Shown: positions 8,707 through 19,605, numbered from the stretch's first letter. The stretch is 64,000 nt of DNA from Bacillota bacterium (GCA_012840925.1 DUVS01000029.1:56376-120375), one strand, 5' to 3'. A program made the numbers and translations. Notes: a model not told the origin generated them from the sequence alone.

Positions 8707-10041
8707 ATGAGCAATTTAAATACTGACCAACAACGTAAATTTTACCTGAAGACTTTAGGCTGCCAAATGAACGAGCATGATTCAGAGGTTATTGTTGGCA
8801 TTCTCACAGGTTTAGGTTACCAACAAACGGAGAATTGCGAGCATGCCGATCTAATACTATACAACACATGTTCAGTACGGGAAAACCCTGAACGCAAGGT
8901 CTATGGCCAAATCGGAAGTTTCAAAATGCTTAAGCAGCAAAACCCCGATTTGCTGATCGGAATCTGCGGCTGCATGCCTCAGCAAAAAGAAGAGCTTGAT
9001 CAAATTTTGACAACACTGCCACATGTCGATCTTGTTTTTGGCACCCACAACATCCACCGCCTGCCAGAATTGCTGGAAAGGGCTCAAACAGAGGAAAGGG
9101 TAGTAGAAGTATGGGATGACTCGAAAGGAATCGTCGAGGATCTGCCGATCATTCGTGCTAACAAATTCAAAGCCTTCGTAAACGTAATCTACGGCTGCAA
9201 CAATTTCTGCAGTTATTGTGTCGTCCCTTATACCCGGGGGAGAGAGCGAAGCCGTTTGCCTAAGGATATTGTGGCCGAAATCAGGCAATTGGCTGATGAA
9301 GGTTATAAAGAAGTAACACTGCTTGGCCAAAACGTCAACACCTACGGCGCTGATCTTGACCAAAAAGCCACGTTTGCCGAGTTGCTGACCATGATCAATG
9401 ATCTTTCCGGTATCGAAAGAATCCGCTTTACAACAAGCCACCCCAAAGATATTCAAGATGATCTGATCGAAGCAATAGCCACATTGCCAAAAGTGTGTGA
9501 GCACCTGCATCTGCCGGTTCAAACCGGAAGCGATCGAATCCTAAAGCAGATGAACCGACATTATACAAGCGCATACTATCTCGACTTAGTGGCCAAAATA
9601 AGAGAAGCTGTTCCTGATATCAGTCTCACCACTGATTTGATCGTAGGTTTCCCGGGGGAGACCGAAACGGACTTTCAAGAAACCTTGAATCTTGTTGAAA
9701 AGGTGAAATTCTCATCAGCATTTACCTTTATTTATTCTCCACGGCCAGGTACGCCGGCAGCCAAGATGCCTGATCAAATCCCTGAAGTGGTGAAAAAAGA
9801 ACGGATTTACCGCCTGATTGAATTGCAGAACCAGATCAGTCATGAATATATGCAGGCCCACGTAGGTAAGACTGAAGAGATACTTGTTGAGGAAATAACA
9901 ACCAAAACTTGTGAACTGTCCGGTAGAACCCGCACAAACAAGCAAGTATTGTTTTCTGGTTCTCCTGACCTGATGGGACAACTTTTGCACGTTAAGATAA
10001 TTGAGGCTAAAACCTGGAGTCTTAAGGGGGTACTGGCCTGA
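8707..10041 (+). CDS. miaB: tRNA-i6A37 methylthiotransferase MiaB
   Basis: An MTTase N-domain (FYLKTLGCQMNEHDSE) is followed by a radical-SAM CxxxCxxC motif (CNNFCSYCVVP) and a TRAM domain. A GAGGAGG RBS lies before the ATG at 8707. Confidence 0.9.
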   Translation: MSNLNTDQQRKFYLKTLGCQMNEHDSEVIVGILTGLGYQQTENCEHADLILYNTCSVRENPERKVYGQIGSFKMLKQQNPDLLIGICGCMPQQKEELDQILTTLPHVDLVFGTHNIHRLPELLERAQTEERVVEVWDDSKGIVEDLPIIRANKFKAFVNVIYGCNNFCSYCVVPYTRGRERSRLPKDIVAEIRQLADEGYKEVTLLGQNVNTYGADLDQKATFAELLTMINDLSGIERIRFTTSHPKDIQDDLIEAIATLPKVCEHLHLPVQTGSDRILKQMNRHYTSAYYLDLVAKIREAVPDISLTTDLIVGFPGETETDFQETLNLVEKVKFSSAFTFIYSPRPGTPAAKMPDQIPEVVKKERIYRLIELQNQISHEYMQAHVGKTEEILVEEITTKTCELSGRTRTNKQVLFSGSPDLMGQLLHVKIIEAKTWSLKGVLA

Positions 10042-10058
10042 AGAGGGAGGAGTCACCT

Positions 10059-10411
10059 TGTGGATTGACAAAAACAGGACCTTGATCATTGACCGGAACC
10101 TTGATACGTGGCAGCTGCCCTTAGTTGCCGCTTCAGGAGCTTACCTCGGTAATATCGTGGCTGAAGTTATCGAACCTCTAGCATTTATGGTCAGGTATTT
10201 TCTAGTCTTTGATCCCAACAGCCAGCGTAGGTTTCTGCTCCCGTGCGATTTGGTTACTGATATTGACAAGAAAGTGTTTTGTGATATCAGTCCGACTCAG
10301 ACGGCACTGCTGCCCGAATATGGCCAGAGGCTGGACCGAAACGATGAAAAGCGCATCTATCAGATCGTAAACCGAACTCCATACTGGGAAGAAACAATTG
10401 ACGACGATTAA
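10059..10411 (+). CDS. Hypothetical protein, possibly PRC-barrel-like, between miaB and mutS
   Basis: About 117 aa starting at TTG behind a GGGAGGAG RBS. It has no recognisable catalytic motifs. A clean terminator lies directly downstream. Confidence 0.4.
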
Positions 10412-10436
10412 AAGACTACACTGCGTAGTCTTTTAG
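10412..10436 (+). terminator. Rho-independent terminator
   Basis: A perfect 8-bp stem (AAGACTAC/GTAGTCTT) with a 5-nt loop is followed by a T-rich tract. The 3' arm is the first unit of the tandem AGTCTTTT x3. Confidence 0.6.
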
Positions 10437-10506
10437 TCTTTTAGTCTTTTGCTCTATCTGCAGGAGTTGGAAGAGGGAAAAGAGAAAAGATGTAAGGACT
10501 ACGGAG

Positions 10507-13131
10507 GTGTACCACGTGACTCTCACACCAATGATGCAACAATATCTGCGTATCAAAAACCAATATCCTGATACTCTAGTTTTCTTCCGTTTAGGAGACT
10601 TTTACGAGCTTTTCGGCGAAGATGCCAAAGTAGCGGCTAAGGTTCTGGAAATCACCTTGACGACAAGAGACCGCAATGCGGAGAACCCGGTTCCTATGTG
10701 TGGTGTTCCGTATCATGCAGTGGACGGCTATCTTGAGAAGCTTGTCAACCACGGCTTCAGAGTTGCCATTTGTGAGCAGCTGGAGGATCCCAAACAAGCT
10801 AAAGGTGTGGTCAAGCGCGATGTAATCAGAGTCGTCACCCCCGGTACGTTTTTGGAGGCTAATGTGGAAGCTGGCGCTAATATTTATTTAGCTGCTGTTG
10901 CCGCAAAGGAATCCCAGTTTGGCTTGGCTGTTGTTGATCTGTCCACTGGCGAGTTCAAGGTGACTTTCATTGATGATCCAAGCAGTTTTCGTGATGAATT
11001 GACTCGGATTAAGCCTGCGGAAATCCTGATTTCCGAAACCGCCAATATCGACCTGGCAAGCTACGTTAACGAGTACAATCCAACCATAACAAAAACTGCA
11101 AGCCGAAATTGGTATCCAGATACCTGCCATTACCTGTTAACTGAGCATTTTCAACTACAGAATCTGACTGCTCTCGGTCTTGATCACGAACTGCTGATCC
11201 AAAGTGCTGGTGCAGTTTTGGCATATTTACAGGAAACACAAAAGTCAACCCTGGCTCATATCAATCAAATCACCAGGTATTCACTTTCCGAGTACCTGCA
11301 AATAGATGCTGCTAGTTTCCGCAATTTGGAGTTGGCCCGGACGATTCGTGAAGGGAAGAAAGTCGGCTCTCTCTTAGGCGTCATCGATAGAACCATTACA
11401 AGTATGGGCGGGCGATTACTCCGCAGCTGGCTGGAAAAGCCGCTTCTCAGTGTCGAAAAAATCAAACAACGACAAGCGTGTATTGACTTTCTTTACCACA
11501 ATACCATGATTCGCATGGAACTGGCGGAACTCCTGAATGAGATTCAAGATATTGAGCGGCTCTTAAGCAGGTTGGTTTATGGAAACGGCAATGCTCGCGA
11601 CCTTGTTGCTCTTAGATCATCCTTAGCCCAGATTCCCCATATCAAAAAGACTTTAGCGAAGGAGCAATCGGTACTTTCGGACTATGGTGGCCAGTTGGAT
11701 GAGCTTGCAGAACTGACTGATCTGATTGCCAGAGCAATTGTGGACAATCCACCGATCACTGTCCGTGACGGCGGATTGATCAGGCCTGGCTTCAACGAAG
11801 AACTGGACGAACTTCGCCAGATCAACAAAGACGGCAAATCATGGATTGCTGCCCTGGAATCTGAAGAACGGCAGCGCACAGGCATTAAATCCTTGAAGGT
11901 AGGCTACAATAAGGTCTTTGGCTATTACATCGAAGTTACCAAGGCCAACCTTGATCTGGTTCCTGATAATTATGAGCGAAAACAGACATTGGCCAATGCT
12001 GAACGGTATATCACTCCTGAGCTGAAGTCAAAGGAAGCCATGATCTTAGGGGCGGAAGAAAGGATTACAGAACTGGAGTATGAACTTTTCAGTCAAGTGC
12101 GGAACCGGGTGACAGATTACGTTGTCCAGATCCAAGAAAATGCCCGCATTCTTGCGGAATTGGACGTATTTCAATGCCTGGCTCAAGTAGCCCTGGATCA
12201 GAATTATGTTTGCCCGGTAATTACCTCTGAACCTACCATTGAAATCAAAGACGGTCGCCACCCTGTGATCGAAGCCTTACAGACAAGCTTCGTACCAAAT
12301 GATTTAAGCCTTACTGAAGACCGAAGGATCATTCTCTTGACCGGCCCTAACATGGCAGGAAAAAGCACTTATTTGCGCCAAACAGCATTGATCGTCATCT
12401 TGGCCCAGATGGGCAGTTTTGTTCCAGCCAGTGAAGCTTCAATAGGTATTGTCGATAAAATCTTTACCCGGATTGGAGCTGCCGATGACCTGAGCACTGG
12501 TCAAAGCACATTTATGGTCGAATGCAGCGAGACTGCCAATTTGGTCCGCCATGCCACTGAACGCTCGTTGATCATTCTTGATGAATTGGGAAGAGGTACC
12601 AGTACCTTTGACGGTATGGCAATCGCCCAGGCAGTGATCGAGTATCTCCATGAGCGTGTAGGGGCCCGTACATTGTTCTCTACCCATTATCATGAACTGA
12701 CCAGGCTGGAAGAAACCCTTGAGGGACTGGATACATACCAAATGGCTGTTGAGGATTTTGGCGGCAGAATTTACTTCCTTCACAAAGTGATACCGGGCAA
12801 CGCCGACAAAAGCTATGGTATCAATGTGGCCAAGATGGCAGGTATGCCTGAACCAATTGTCAAGCGGGCCGAAACACTGCTTTATCAATTAGAGGCTGGC
12901 CAGAAAAAACCACTGCAGCTTAATCTTTTTGACAGCTTAAGGCATCCCTTGACAGCTGCCGCCAAAGAACAAGAGATTAAAGAGCAGGCAACACTTGGAG
13001 AACTAAGGCATTTGCTGTTGAATGCTGATTTATACAACATGACACCCATTGCAGCATTGAACTTGGTTGCCAAACTACAAGACCTCCTGAATGAAGGTGA
13101 AGAGGATGAAGCGAATTCGGGTACTTCCTGA
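10507..13131 (+). CDS. mutS: DNA mismatch repair protein MutS
   Basis: 874 aa. The N-terminal mismatch-binding domain contains GDFYELF. The ABC ATPase has a Walker A ([10 protein letters not shown]) and the [12 protein letters not shown] motif. The start is GTG at 10507 or 10516. Confidence 0.95.
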   Translation: MYHVTLTPMMQQYLRIKNQYPDTLVFFRLGDFYELFGEDAKVAAKVLEITLTTRDRNAENPVPMCGVPYHAVDGYLEKLVNHGFRVAICEQLEDPKQAKGVVKRDVIRVVTPGTFLEANVEAGANIYLAAVAAKESQFGLAVVDLSTGEFKVTFIDDPSSFRDELTRIKPAEILISETANIDLASYVNEYNPTITKTASRNWYPDTCHYLLTEHFQLQNLTALGLDHELLIQSAGAVLAYLQETQKSTLAHINQITRYSLSEYLQIDAASFRNLELARTIREGKKVGSLLGVIDRTITSMGGRLLRSWLEKPLLSVEKIKQRQACIDFLYHNTMIRMELAELLNEIQDIERLLSRLVYGNGNARDLVALRSSLAQIPHIKKTLAKEQSVLSDYGGQLDELAELTDLIARAIVDNPPITVRDGGLIRPGFNEELDELRQINKDGKSWIAALESEERQRTGIKSLKVGYNKVFGYYIEVTKANLDLVPDNYERKQTLANAERYITPELKSKEAMILGAEERITELEYELFSQVRNRVTDYVVQIQENARILAELDVFQCLAQVALDQNYVCPVITSEPTIEIKDGRHPVIEALQTSFVPNDLSLTEDRRIILLTGPNMAGKSTYLRQTALIVILAQMGSFVPASEASIGIVDKIFTRIGAADDLSTGQSTFMVECSETANLVRHATERSLIILDELGRGTSTFDGMAIAQAVIEYLHERVGARTLFSTHYHELTRLEETLEGLDTYQMAVEDFGGRIYFLHKVIPGNADKSYGINVAKMAGMPEPIVKRAETLLYQLEAGQKKPLQLNLFDSLRHPLTAAAKEQEIKEQATLGELRHLLLNADLYNMTPIAALNLVAKLQDLLNEGEEDEANSGTS

Positions 13132-14980
13132 GCATATATCGCTAAAAATCGCCGCTGGCGAAGTAATTGAACGTCCAGTGTCGGTTGTCAAAGAGCTGGT
13201 TGAGAACTCCATTGATGCAATGGCTACCAGTATTGAGATCGAAATCAGGGATGGTGGCAAAGAATACATTAGAGTCAGTGACAATGGTTCAGGAATTCAT
13301 CCTGAAGATCTTAAGCTGGCTTTCTTGCCCCATGCGACCAGTAAAATCAGGAGTGTCGACGATCTGTTTGCCATAACCTCACTCGGGTTTCGCGGCGAAG
13401 CGTTGGCCAGTGTTTCCAGCGTGTCTTCTCTGGTCTTACGGTCCAGAACAGCGAATACCGCCAAGGGGTATCAGATCAGTTTCGCTGAAAATCAACAAGC
13501 AATCATCGAGCCTGTTGGCATGGACGTAGGCACCACGGTCGAAGTTCGTAGATTGTTCTACAATACCCCGGCCCGGTATAAATTCTTGAAACAATCTGCT
13601 ACTGAAAAACGATATATTGTGGAATTTATCAGCAATATGGCTGTTGCCCATCCCCAGATTGCCTTTAGGTTAATCGCCGATGATAAACTTGCAGTTCGAA
13701 CCCATGGCCAAGGAGAATTCAAAGACGCCCTGGCCAATCTGGTTAACCGGAGCATTATCAGCAACCTCGTCAACATTGACTATCAAGCTGAGTGGGGCAC
13801 GATCAAGGGTTACCTAAGCAAACCGAATCTAACCAGGAAGAATAGGCAAGGGCAGTTGATCATCCTCAACGGCCGGATTATTGAGAGTGCTTTGATTGCC
13901 AGTGCAGTTGAGAAGGCCTACACTGGCATGCTGGAACACAGACAATATCCAGTCTTCTATCTGTTTTTGGCCATGGATCCGCAAATAATTGACGTAAATG
14001 TTCATCCCGCTAAAATCCAAGTACGTTTTCAAGATGAAAACGCACTGTATCAGGAGATCAGTGCGGCTTGCCGACAAGCCTTGGTCAGCAGCGATTTAAG
14101 TGTGCAGTTCACAACCAGGACAAAGACAACTGCGCCAGAACACGATTCGCCTCAGCAAAGAGTTCTGGATCTGCAGCAGTACTTTCCTGTGCAACCGCTA
14201 ACATGGAGTAAAGTCGATCAACTGCTGTTAAAAGAAAGGCGATTGCCAAGCAAAACTATGGAACAACAGGATCAAAGTGCACTTGCCGAAGCTTTCCAAG
14301 GCACTCATGTGTCTGATATGGTATCCGGGTCAGTTCAAGCGCAAGATTTCTTCCAGAATGCAGAGAGGCAAAAGGTTCTAGAGGATGATGGATCCGGCAA
14401 TGTGTATCGGATTAAAGATCAGCTTCTCAACGGCCGTATCATCGGCCAGTTCAGACAAACCTACATTCTGTTGGAAACTGAAACAGGTTTATGGCTGTTG
14501 GATCAGCACATCGTTCATGAAAGAATCCTGTATGAACGTTTGTTGACCTCTGAACCGCAGTATCATATTCAGCAGATTCTACCACTGACTTTGAACTTCA
14601 GCCGCAAAGACAGCCAGACTGTGGTCGAATATCTGCCAAAGCTTAGAAGTCTAGGTTTAGAGCTGGAAGAGTTCGGTACTGATAGCTTTATCCTCAGAGG
14701 TGTGCCCAGTTTTCTCGCTGCTCAGAATACGCCTGTGGACGAAACCTTCATCTTGGAGTTGGTTGATGATCTTTCGGATCAAAACAACTGGCGGGAAAAA
14801 GCAGTGACTACACTAGCATGTAAGAGTGCAATCAAAGCAGGGCACCGCCTCGAAACTAAGCAGATCCATGCCTTGTTGGAACAACTGGCTGCAACCGAAA
14901 ATCCGTTTACATGTCCCCATGGACGGCCAATCATAGTCAGGATCGCAGAACAGGAAATATTACGACGTTTTGGCAGGTGA
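13106..14980 (+). CDS. mutL: DNA mismatch repair endonuclease MutL
   Basis: The GHKL ATPase is recognisable from [19 protein letters not shown] and DNGSGI. The C-terminal endonuclease motif [12 protein letters not shown] matches DQHA-X2-E-X4-E. The gene overlaps the 3' end of mutS. Confidence 0.9.
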   Translation: MKRIRVLPEHISLKIAAGEVIERPVSVVKELVENSIDAMATSIEIEIRDGGKEYIRVSDNGSGIHPEDLKLAFLPHATSKIRSVDDLFAITSLGFRGEALASVSSVSSLVLRSRTANTAKGYQISFAENQQAIIEPVGMDVGTTVEVRRLFYNTPARYKFLKQSATEKRYIVEFISNMAVAHPQIAFRLIADDKLAVRTHGQGEFKDALANLVNRSIISNLVNIDYQAEWGTIKGYLSKPNLTRKNRQGQLIILNGRIIESALIASAVEKAYTGMLEHRQYPVFYLFLAMDPQIIDVNVHPAKIQVRFQDENALYQEISAACRQALVSSDLSVQFTTRTKTTAPEHDSPQQRVLDLQQYFPVQPLTWSKVDQLLLKERRLPSKTMEQQDQSALAEAFQGTHVSDMVSGSVQAQDFFQNAERQKVLEDDGSGNVYRIKDQLLNGRIIGQFRQTYILLETETGLWLLDQHIVHERILYERLLTSEPQYHIQQILPLTLNFSRKDSQTVVEYLPKLRSLGLELEEFGTDSFILRGVPSFLAAQNTPVDETFILELVDDLSDQNNWREKAVTTLACKSAIKAGHRLETKQIHALLEQLAATENPFTCPHGRPIIVRIAEQEILRRFGR

Positions 14981-14984
14981 TAAA

Positions 14985-15908
14985 ATGGATAAACCTGTGG
15001 TTATTGTGCTGGTAGGGCCTACTGCGGTTGGTAAAACCGAAACTGCCCTGACTCTAGCCCAGGAGTTGAACTGCGAAATCATTTCTGCAGACTCCATGCA
15101 GGTATATCGTGGTATGAACATAGGTACGGCAAAGGCCTCCCAGACTGAACAACAACTGGTAAAGCATCATTTGCTTGACATTGTCAACCCTGATCAAAGA
15201 TTTACTGTCGCTGAATGGGTTCGCTTGGCAGAAAAAGCCATTGCTGAAATCACAAGTCGTAACAGACTGCCGTTGATCACAGGTGGCACTGGCCTTTACG
15301 TCAATGCGCTAATCGACGGTTTTTTGTTTCCTGACCGGGGCGCAAATGAATTGCTTAGAAGAAAGCTGTATCGACAAGCAAGAGTTGAACCAGAAAAACT
15401 GCACCAAGTGCTTCAGTCTGTTGATCCAAAAGCAGCAGCCAAACTGCATCCCAATGATCATCGGCGCATTATCCGTGCTCTAGAAGTATATTACACCAGC
15501 GGTAACCCTATCAGTGAGCTGCAGGCAAAAACTCCAGCACAGCAGAACTACAACGCCATCATGATTGGCCTGAACCGCAAACGGCAGCATCTATACCAAA
15601 GAATTGAGCAGCGTGTTGACCAAATGGTCGCATCTGGACTGATTGACGAGGTTAAGTCGCTGCTGGATCAGTATCCACAACAGCCCACAGCGCTGCAGGC
15701 AATTGGATATAAAGAAATTGCCTTGTTTATACAAAACCAAATCACCTTGGATGAAGCCATTTCCCTAATCAAGCGGGAAACGCGGCGTTATGCCAAAAGG
15801 CAGCTTTCCTGGTTTCGCCGTGATCAAAGAATCAAATGGTATGACCTGGATCAAGCGACACCAGCCGAAATAATCACTGATACCAAGGCAAGGCTGATAG
15901 CCCTGTAA
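14985..15908 (+). CDS. miaA: tRNA dimethylallyltransferase MiaA
   Basis: A P-loop (LVGPTAVGKT) is followed by SADSMQVYRGMNIGTAK. Confidence 0.9.
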   Translation: MDKPVVIVLVGPTAVGKTETALTLAQELNCEIISADSMQVYRGMNIGTAKASQTEQQLVKHHLLDIVNPDQRFTVAEWVRLAEKAIAEITSRNRLPLITGGTGLYVNALIDGFLFPDRGANELLRRKLYRQARVEPEKLHQVLQSVDPKAAAKLHPNDHRRIIRALEVYYTSGNPISELQAKTPAQQNYNAIMIGLNRKRQHLYQRIEQRVDQMVASGLIDEVKSLLDQYPQQPTALQAIGYKEIALFIQNQITLDEAISLIKRETRRYAKRQLSWFRRDQRIKWYDLDQATPAEIITDTKARLIAL

Positions 15909-15924
15909 AATCTATACTTCCATG

Positions 15925-15950
15925 AAAGCCACAGCGTGGCTTTTTTTGTT
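15925..15950 (+). terminator. Rho-independent terminator after miaA
   Basis: An 8-bp stem (AAAGCCAC/GTGGCTTT) with a 3-nt loop is followed by T7. It lies inside the N-terminal extension of the 15922 ORF, which supports the 16030 start for spoVK. Confidence 0.7.
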
Positions 15951-16029
15951 TGGCAATGAACAATTAACTACCCACTGCGTATATATAATAGGTGAAGATA
16001 CTTTTTGCCGTCCTGGCGGAGGGAAAAGC

Positions 16030-16968
16030 ATGGGTAGGGAGATCATTTCGATGGTAGAGAACGGAGAGGTTACAGTCAGTGAAGCCCTATCACTTTTGAA
16101 ACGCTCTTATACAGGCACGAACCAACCGAAACACGAATTGACGAAAAATGAAAAGCTGGCTGCCATTAAGCAGCAGCTGGATAGCTTGATCGGTTTACAC
16201 TCAGTCAAGGAATTGATCAATGAGATTCAAGCTTACGTTGAGATTCAACAGCGCCGCACTGCTGTAAATCTGGCGTCCGATCCCGTTGTACTGCATATGA
16301 TATTCATGGGCAACCCCGGCTCAGGAAAAACGACGGTTGCCAGGATTATTGGACAGCTCTTCCTGGAAATGGGTGTACTGCAGAAAGGCCATCTGGTTGA
16401 AGTCGAACGGGCAGATCTGGTTGCGGAATATATTGGACAAACTGCTCAACGAACCAGGGAACAGCTGCGTAAAGCCAGCGGTGGGATTTTGTTTATCGAC
16501 GAAGCGTATTCACTGGCCCGAGGTGGGGAAAAGGACTTCGGTAAAGAGGCTATTGACACCATCGTCAAAACTATGGAGGACCAACGCACCAACCTGGTCG
16601 TGATTCTCGCCGGGTATTCTGCTCCGATGGAAGAATTTCTGGAAACCAATCCGGGGCTGCGGTCAAGATTTCCGATCATCATCAGGTTCCCTGATTACAC
16701 TACTTTTGAGCTGTTCCGGATTGCAGAACAGATGCTGCGGGAGCGGGAGTACCAGTTGTCCAAGGCCGCCAGGCGCAAGCTTCTGTCAATAATTGAGGGC
16801 CTGAAACGCAAAGACGCCAAAAACTTTGGCAATGCCCGTACGATCCGCAACTTAATCGAACGGGCTATCAGAAAACAAGCAGTGAGACTAGTTCACCTCA
16901 AAAATCCTACGCGGGCTCAGTTGATGGAAATCACCCCTGAGGATCTCCAGGAGGTGAGCGATGATTGA
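16030..16968 (+). CDS. spoVK: Stage V sporulation protein K (AAA+ ATPase SpoVK)
   Basis: AAA+ Walker A (GNPGSGKTT), Walker B (ILFIDEAY) and the SpoVK-typical N-terminal helical region. A GGAGGG RBS precedes the ATG. Confidence 0.8.
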   Translation: MGREIISMVENGEVTVSEALSLLKRSYTGTNQPKHELTKNEKLAAIKQQLDSLIGLHSVKELINEIQAYVEIQQRRTAVNLASDPVVLHMIFMGNPGSGKTTVARIIGQLFLEMGVLQKGHLVEVERADLVAEYIGQTAQRTREQLRKASGGILFIDEAYSLARGGEKDFGKEAIDTIVKTMEDQRTNLVVILAGYSAPMEEFLETNPGLRSRFPIIIRFPDYTTFELFRIAEQMLREREYQLSKAARRKLLSIIEGLKRKDAKNFGNARTIRNLIERAIRKQAVRLVHLKNPTRAQLMEITPEDLQEVSDD

Positions 16969-17573
16969 AAAAGGTGATCGTCGTAGGACAGCCAAACGTA
17001 GGCAAAACTCTCTTTTGTCTCAACTTCGCCGAGTTCCTGGGTATGCAGTCGGTAACAATCAATTTTGAGAGCTACGAACGGGGATGCTCCAGCAGAGTGA
17101 TCACCATATCCGAAGCCCGGCCCCTCTTGGTAAACGACCACGAACATCAGACTTTGGATATCCAGTCCATGGTGCTGACCATGCCTTGGGGGAAGAGCGT
17201 AAAGCAATTTGAACTGATTGACACAACGGGGCTTGCCGACAGGATAGACTTTGAATCACAGATCCGCAAGGCGATGGCCCAGACTCTGCAGTTTATGCGT
17301 CAGGCTGATGTTGTTTTCCATATTCTTGATTGCTTCAAAGTAGCCCAGCTTGGCTATCTCAAAGGAATAGGCGAAATCGATTACCAGATTGCCCAGTTCG
17401 GCCAGCTGAAAAAGGGATACATAATTCTGGCCAACAAAATTGATCTCCCTCAAGCTCAGGAAGGACTGGATAGAATTACCCTGGAATTTCCTGGAAACAA
17501 GGTGATCGGTATTTCGGCTCTGACCAAAAAAGGGTTCAAGGAGGTGAGAGAAGTTGCCCGGCAGCTTCTCTGA
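16965..17573 (+). CDS. Small standalone GTP-binding protein with an Era/HflX-like G domain only
   Basis: 202 aa starting at TTG with a GGAGGTG RBS. It has G1 (GQPNVGKT), G3 (DTTGL) and G4 (NKID) motifs. The 5' end overlaps the spoVK stop. Confidence 0.65.
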   Translation: MKKVIVVGQPNVGKTLFCLNFAEFLGMQSVTINFESYERGCSSRVITISEARPLLVNDHEHQTLDIQSMVLTMPWGKSVKQFELIDTTGLADRIDFESQIRKAMAQTLQFMRQADVVFHILDCFKVAQLGYLKGIGEIDYQIAQFGQLKKGYIILANKIDLPQAQEGLDRITLEFPGNKVIGISALTKKGFKEVREVARQLL

Positions 17574-18147
17574 ATTGATTGTACTGATGCCTTCAATCGG
17601 AGCAACAGTTTTAACCGCCATTGCAGTAAAGTGGCTGGATGATTGTATCGACGAAAAACACCCGACCAATTCCGTCCGCAGTGGAGCAGCGTATAGCCTG
17701 CTTGCCATTTTAGTGGCGGCCATTTTGGATTTGCCGCTGACCATCGCCTTGTTTTCCGCTTGTTATGTGATCGGCATGTTTACCAGCATGACACAAAAAC
17801 TCCCTTCTGGACTGCCCGGATGGTTGGAATCTATGTTGATCCTGATTTTTGCAGCTGTGTATTGTGGTTTGGCAGCTACATTCTGGTCTGTCCTGGTGAT
17901 CTACTCGGTCCAGTTGTTAGATGATCTCCTTGATTATAGGCTAGATGAACAACAGAATAGATCCAATGTAGTCAACGACTTAGGGGTGGAACGGACAATC
18001 ATTTTGTTTTCATTCTGTTTTTATATAAGTGTTGCCATTGAGCCGTTTCTGTCGGTACTCGTCTTGTCATCAGCTTTGATTGTAGCTAATACTTTGTTTG
18101 GCCGGCAAAAGGGAGGGACTCTGTATGCCCGAACTGACCATGGTTGA
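17554..18147 (+). CDS. Hypothetical polytopic membrane protein
   Basis: About 5 hydrophobic helices. It overlaps the GTPase stop by 20 nt. An alternative start is ATG 17587. Confidence 0.45.
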   Translation: MPGSFSELIVLMPSIGATVLTAIAVKWLDDCIDEKHPTNSVRSGAAYSLLAILVAAILDLPLTIALFSACYVIGMFTSMTQKLPSGLPGWLESMLILIFAAVYCGLAATFWSVLVIYSVQLLDDLLDYRLDEQQNRSNVVNDLGVERTIILFSFCFYISVAIEPFLSVLVLSSALIVANTLFGRQKGGTLYARTDHG

Positions 18148-18361
18148 TCTTGCCGTGCTGCTGTTGCTGTTCATAGTTTACATCAGCTTTTCCATAGGTT
18201 ATCTACAGGGATGTAAGCACGGCAAGCGTGAAGGTCAGATCGAAGAAGTTCTCGCCTTAAAGGAAAGAAGCTTACTATTGGGAAAATGTACCCTATGTGG
18301 GTATATGCAGGATTCTGAAGAGATTTTGGCGAAAAATGGTATAGTAATGAAAGATAGCTAA
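18125..18361 (+). CDS. Small membrane protein with a C-terminal CxxC
   Basis: 78 aa with a GGGAGGG RBS, one TM helix (LAVLLLLFIVYISF) and then a charged region with CTLCG. Confidence 0.4.
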   Translation: MPELTMVDLAVLLLLFIVYISFSIGYLQGCKHGKREGQIEEVLALKERSLLLGKCTLCGYMQDSEEILAKNGIVMKDS

Positions 18362-18387
18362 TGATAATAAAGGATCGTGAACGTAGA

Positions 18388-19596
18388 ATGAGTATTGTGC
18401 AAGAAGCTAAAGCAAAAGTCCAGGATCAATGGAAGCAAGTCGCAGAAATCAGCAGATTTAATCAAGCAAAAGTACTGCGGGCATTTCAGAACAACCACAT
18501 CGGAGCCCATTGCTTCAGTGAGTCCACCGGTTATGGATACCATGATATTGGTAGAGACGCGCTGGAAAACGTGTATAAGGCTGTTTTCAAGACCGAAGCG
18601 GCACTGGTGCGGCCGCAGATTGTCTCAGGCACACATGCAATCAGTCTCTGTTTGTCTATTTTGAATGCTGGAGATCAACTGATATCCATCAGCGGGCCAC
18701 CGTACGACACCCTCCAACAAGTGATTGGAACAAAAGGGGATGCCAAGACTAGTCTGATCAAGCGCGGAATCCGCTATCAGGAGATCCCTTTGACTGAAGA
18801 CGGCACTTTGGATCTTGATTTGATCACCAACACCGTCACAAAAGACACGAGGATGGTTATGCTGCAGCGTTCGCGAGGATACAGCTGGCGTTCCTCGATA
18901 ATGGTCCGGGAAATCGGGGAAGCATTCAGGATCGTCAAGAATGTCAACCCGGAATGCATTTGTTTTGTAGATAACTGTTACGGAGAGTTCGCTGAAATCT
19001 ACGAACCAAGTGAAGTTGGAGCAAATCTCCTGGCTGGATCATTGATTAAAAACCCAGGAGGAGGTTTGGCTCCCAGTGGAGGATATATTGTTGGCGATCA
19101 AGAGCTGGTGCAGCTGTGCAGCGAATATCTAACAGCTCCCGGCCTTGGGGCGCAATTGGGGCCTACTTTTAACTTGACGCGCCAGCTTCTGCAGGGATTT
19201 TTTGTAGCGCCCCACGTGGTGGGACAGGCCTTGAGAGGAGCGATCCTGGCAGCTCAAGTATTCCGTGATCTAGGCTATGAAGTATCGCCCCTGCCGGATG
19301 AAGAGCGGACCGACATCATCCAAGCCATTAAACTCAACTCACGCGACAAACTTTTAGATTTCTGCCAAGCCATTCAAGAAGCTTCACCCATAGATTCCCG
19401 GGTAATCCCTGTACCGGCTCCAATGCCGGGATATGATGATCAAATCGTCATGGCTGGAGGTACATTTATCCAAGGTTCTTCAATTGAACTCAGTGCTGAC
19501 GGGCCTGTTAAAGAACCGTACATTGCCTACCTGCAAGGTGGTTTGTGCGTTGAACACACTGAATTAGCATTAGAGGCTCTAATTAGGAAATTATAA
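18388..19596 (+). CDS. PLP-dependent Cys/Met-metabolism-family protein (aluminium-resistance / YnbB-like)
   Basis: About 400 aa with an N-terminal NQAKVLRAF...TGYGYHDIGRDALE segment typical of YnbB-type proteins. It occupies the position of ynbB downstream of spoVK in B. subtilis. Confidence 0.65.
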   Translation: MSIVQEAKAKVQDQWKQVAEISRFNQAKVLRAFQNNHIGAHCFSESTGYGYHDIGRDALENVYKAVFKTEAALVRPQIVSGTHAISLCLSILNAGDQLISISGPPYDTLQQVIGTKGDAKTSLIKRGIRYQEIPLTEDGTLDLDLITNTVTKDTRMVMLQRSRGYSWRSSIMVREIGEAFRIVKNVNPECICFVDNCYGEFAEIYEPSEVGANLLAGSLIKNPGGGLAPSGGYIVGDQELVQLCSEYLTAPGLGAQLGPTFNLTRQLLQGFFVAPHVVGQALRGAILAAQVFRDLGYEVSPLPDEERTDIIQAIKLNSRDKLLDFCQAIQEASPIDSRVIPVPAPMPGYDDQIVMAGGTFIQGSSIELSADGPVKEPYIAYLQGGLCVEHTELALEALIRKL

Positions 19597-19605
19597 GATT
19601 ATTTG

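Noticed and set aside
10422-10451. Tandem AGTCTTTT x3, considered as a mini-CRISPR or regulatory repeat
   Set aside because: Only three 8-bp units with no spacers. It overlaps a terminator stem and is most simply replication slippage.
15922-16029. N-terminal extension of spoVK starting at 15922
   Set aside because: A strong rho-independent terminator (15925-15950) lies inside it. The ATG at 16030 has a GGAGGG RBS and matches the SpoVK N-terminus.
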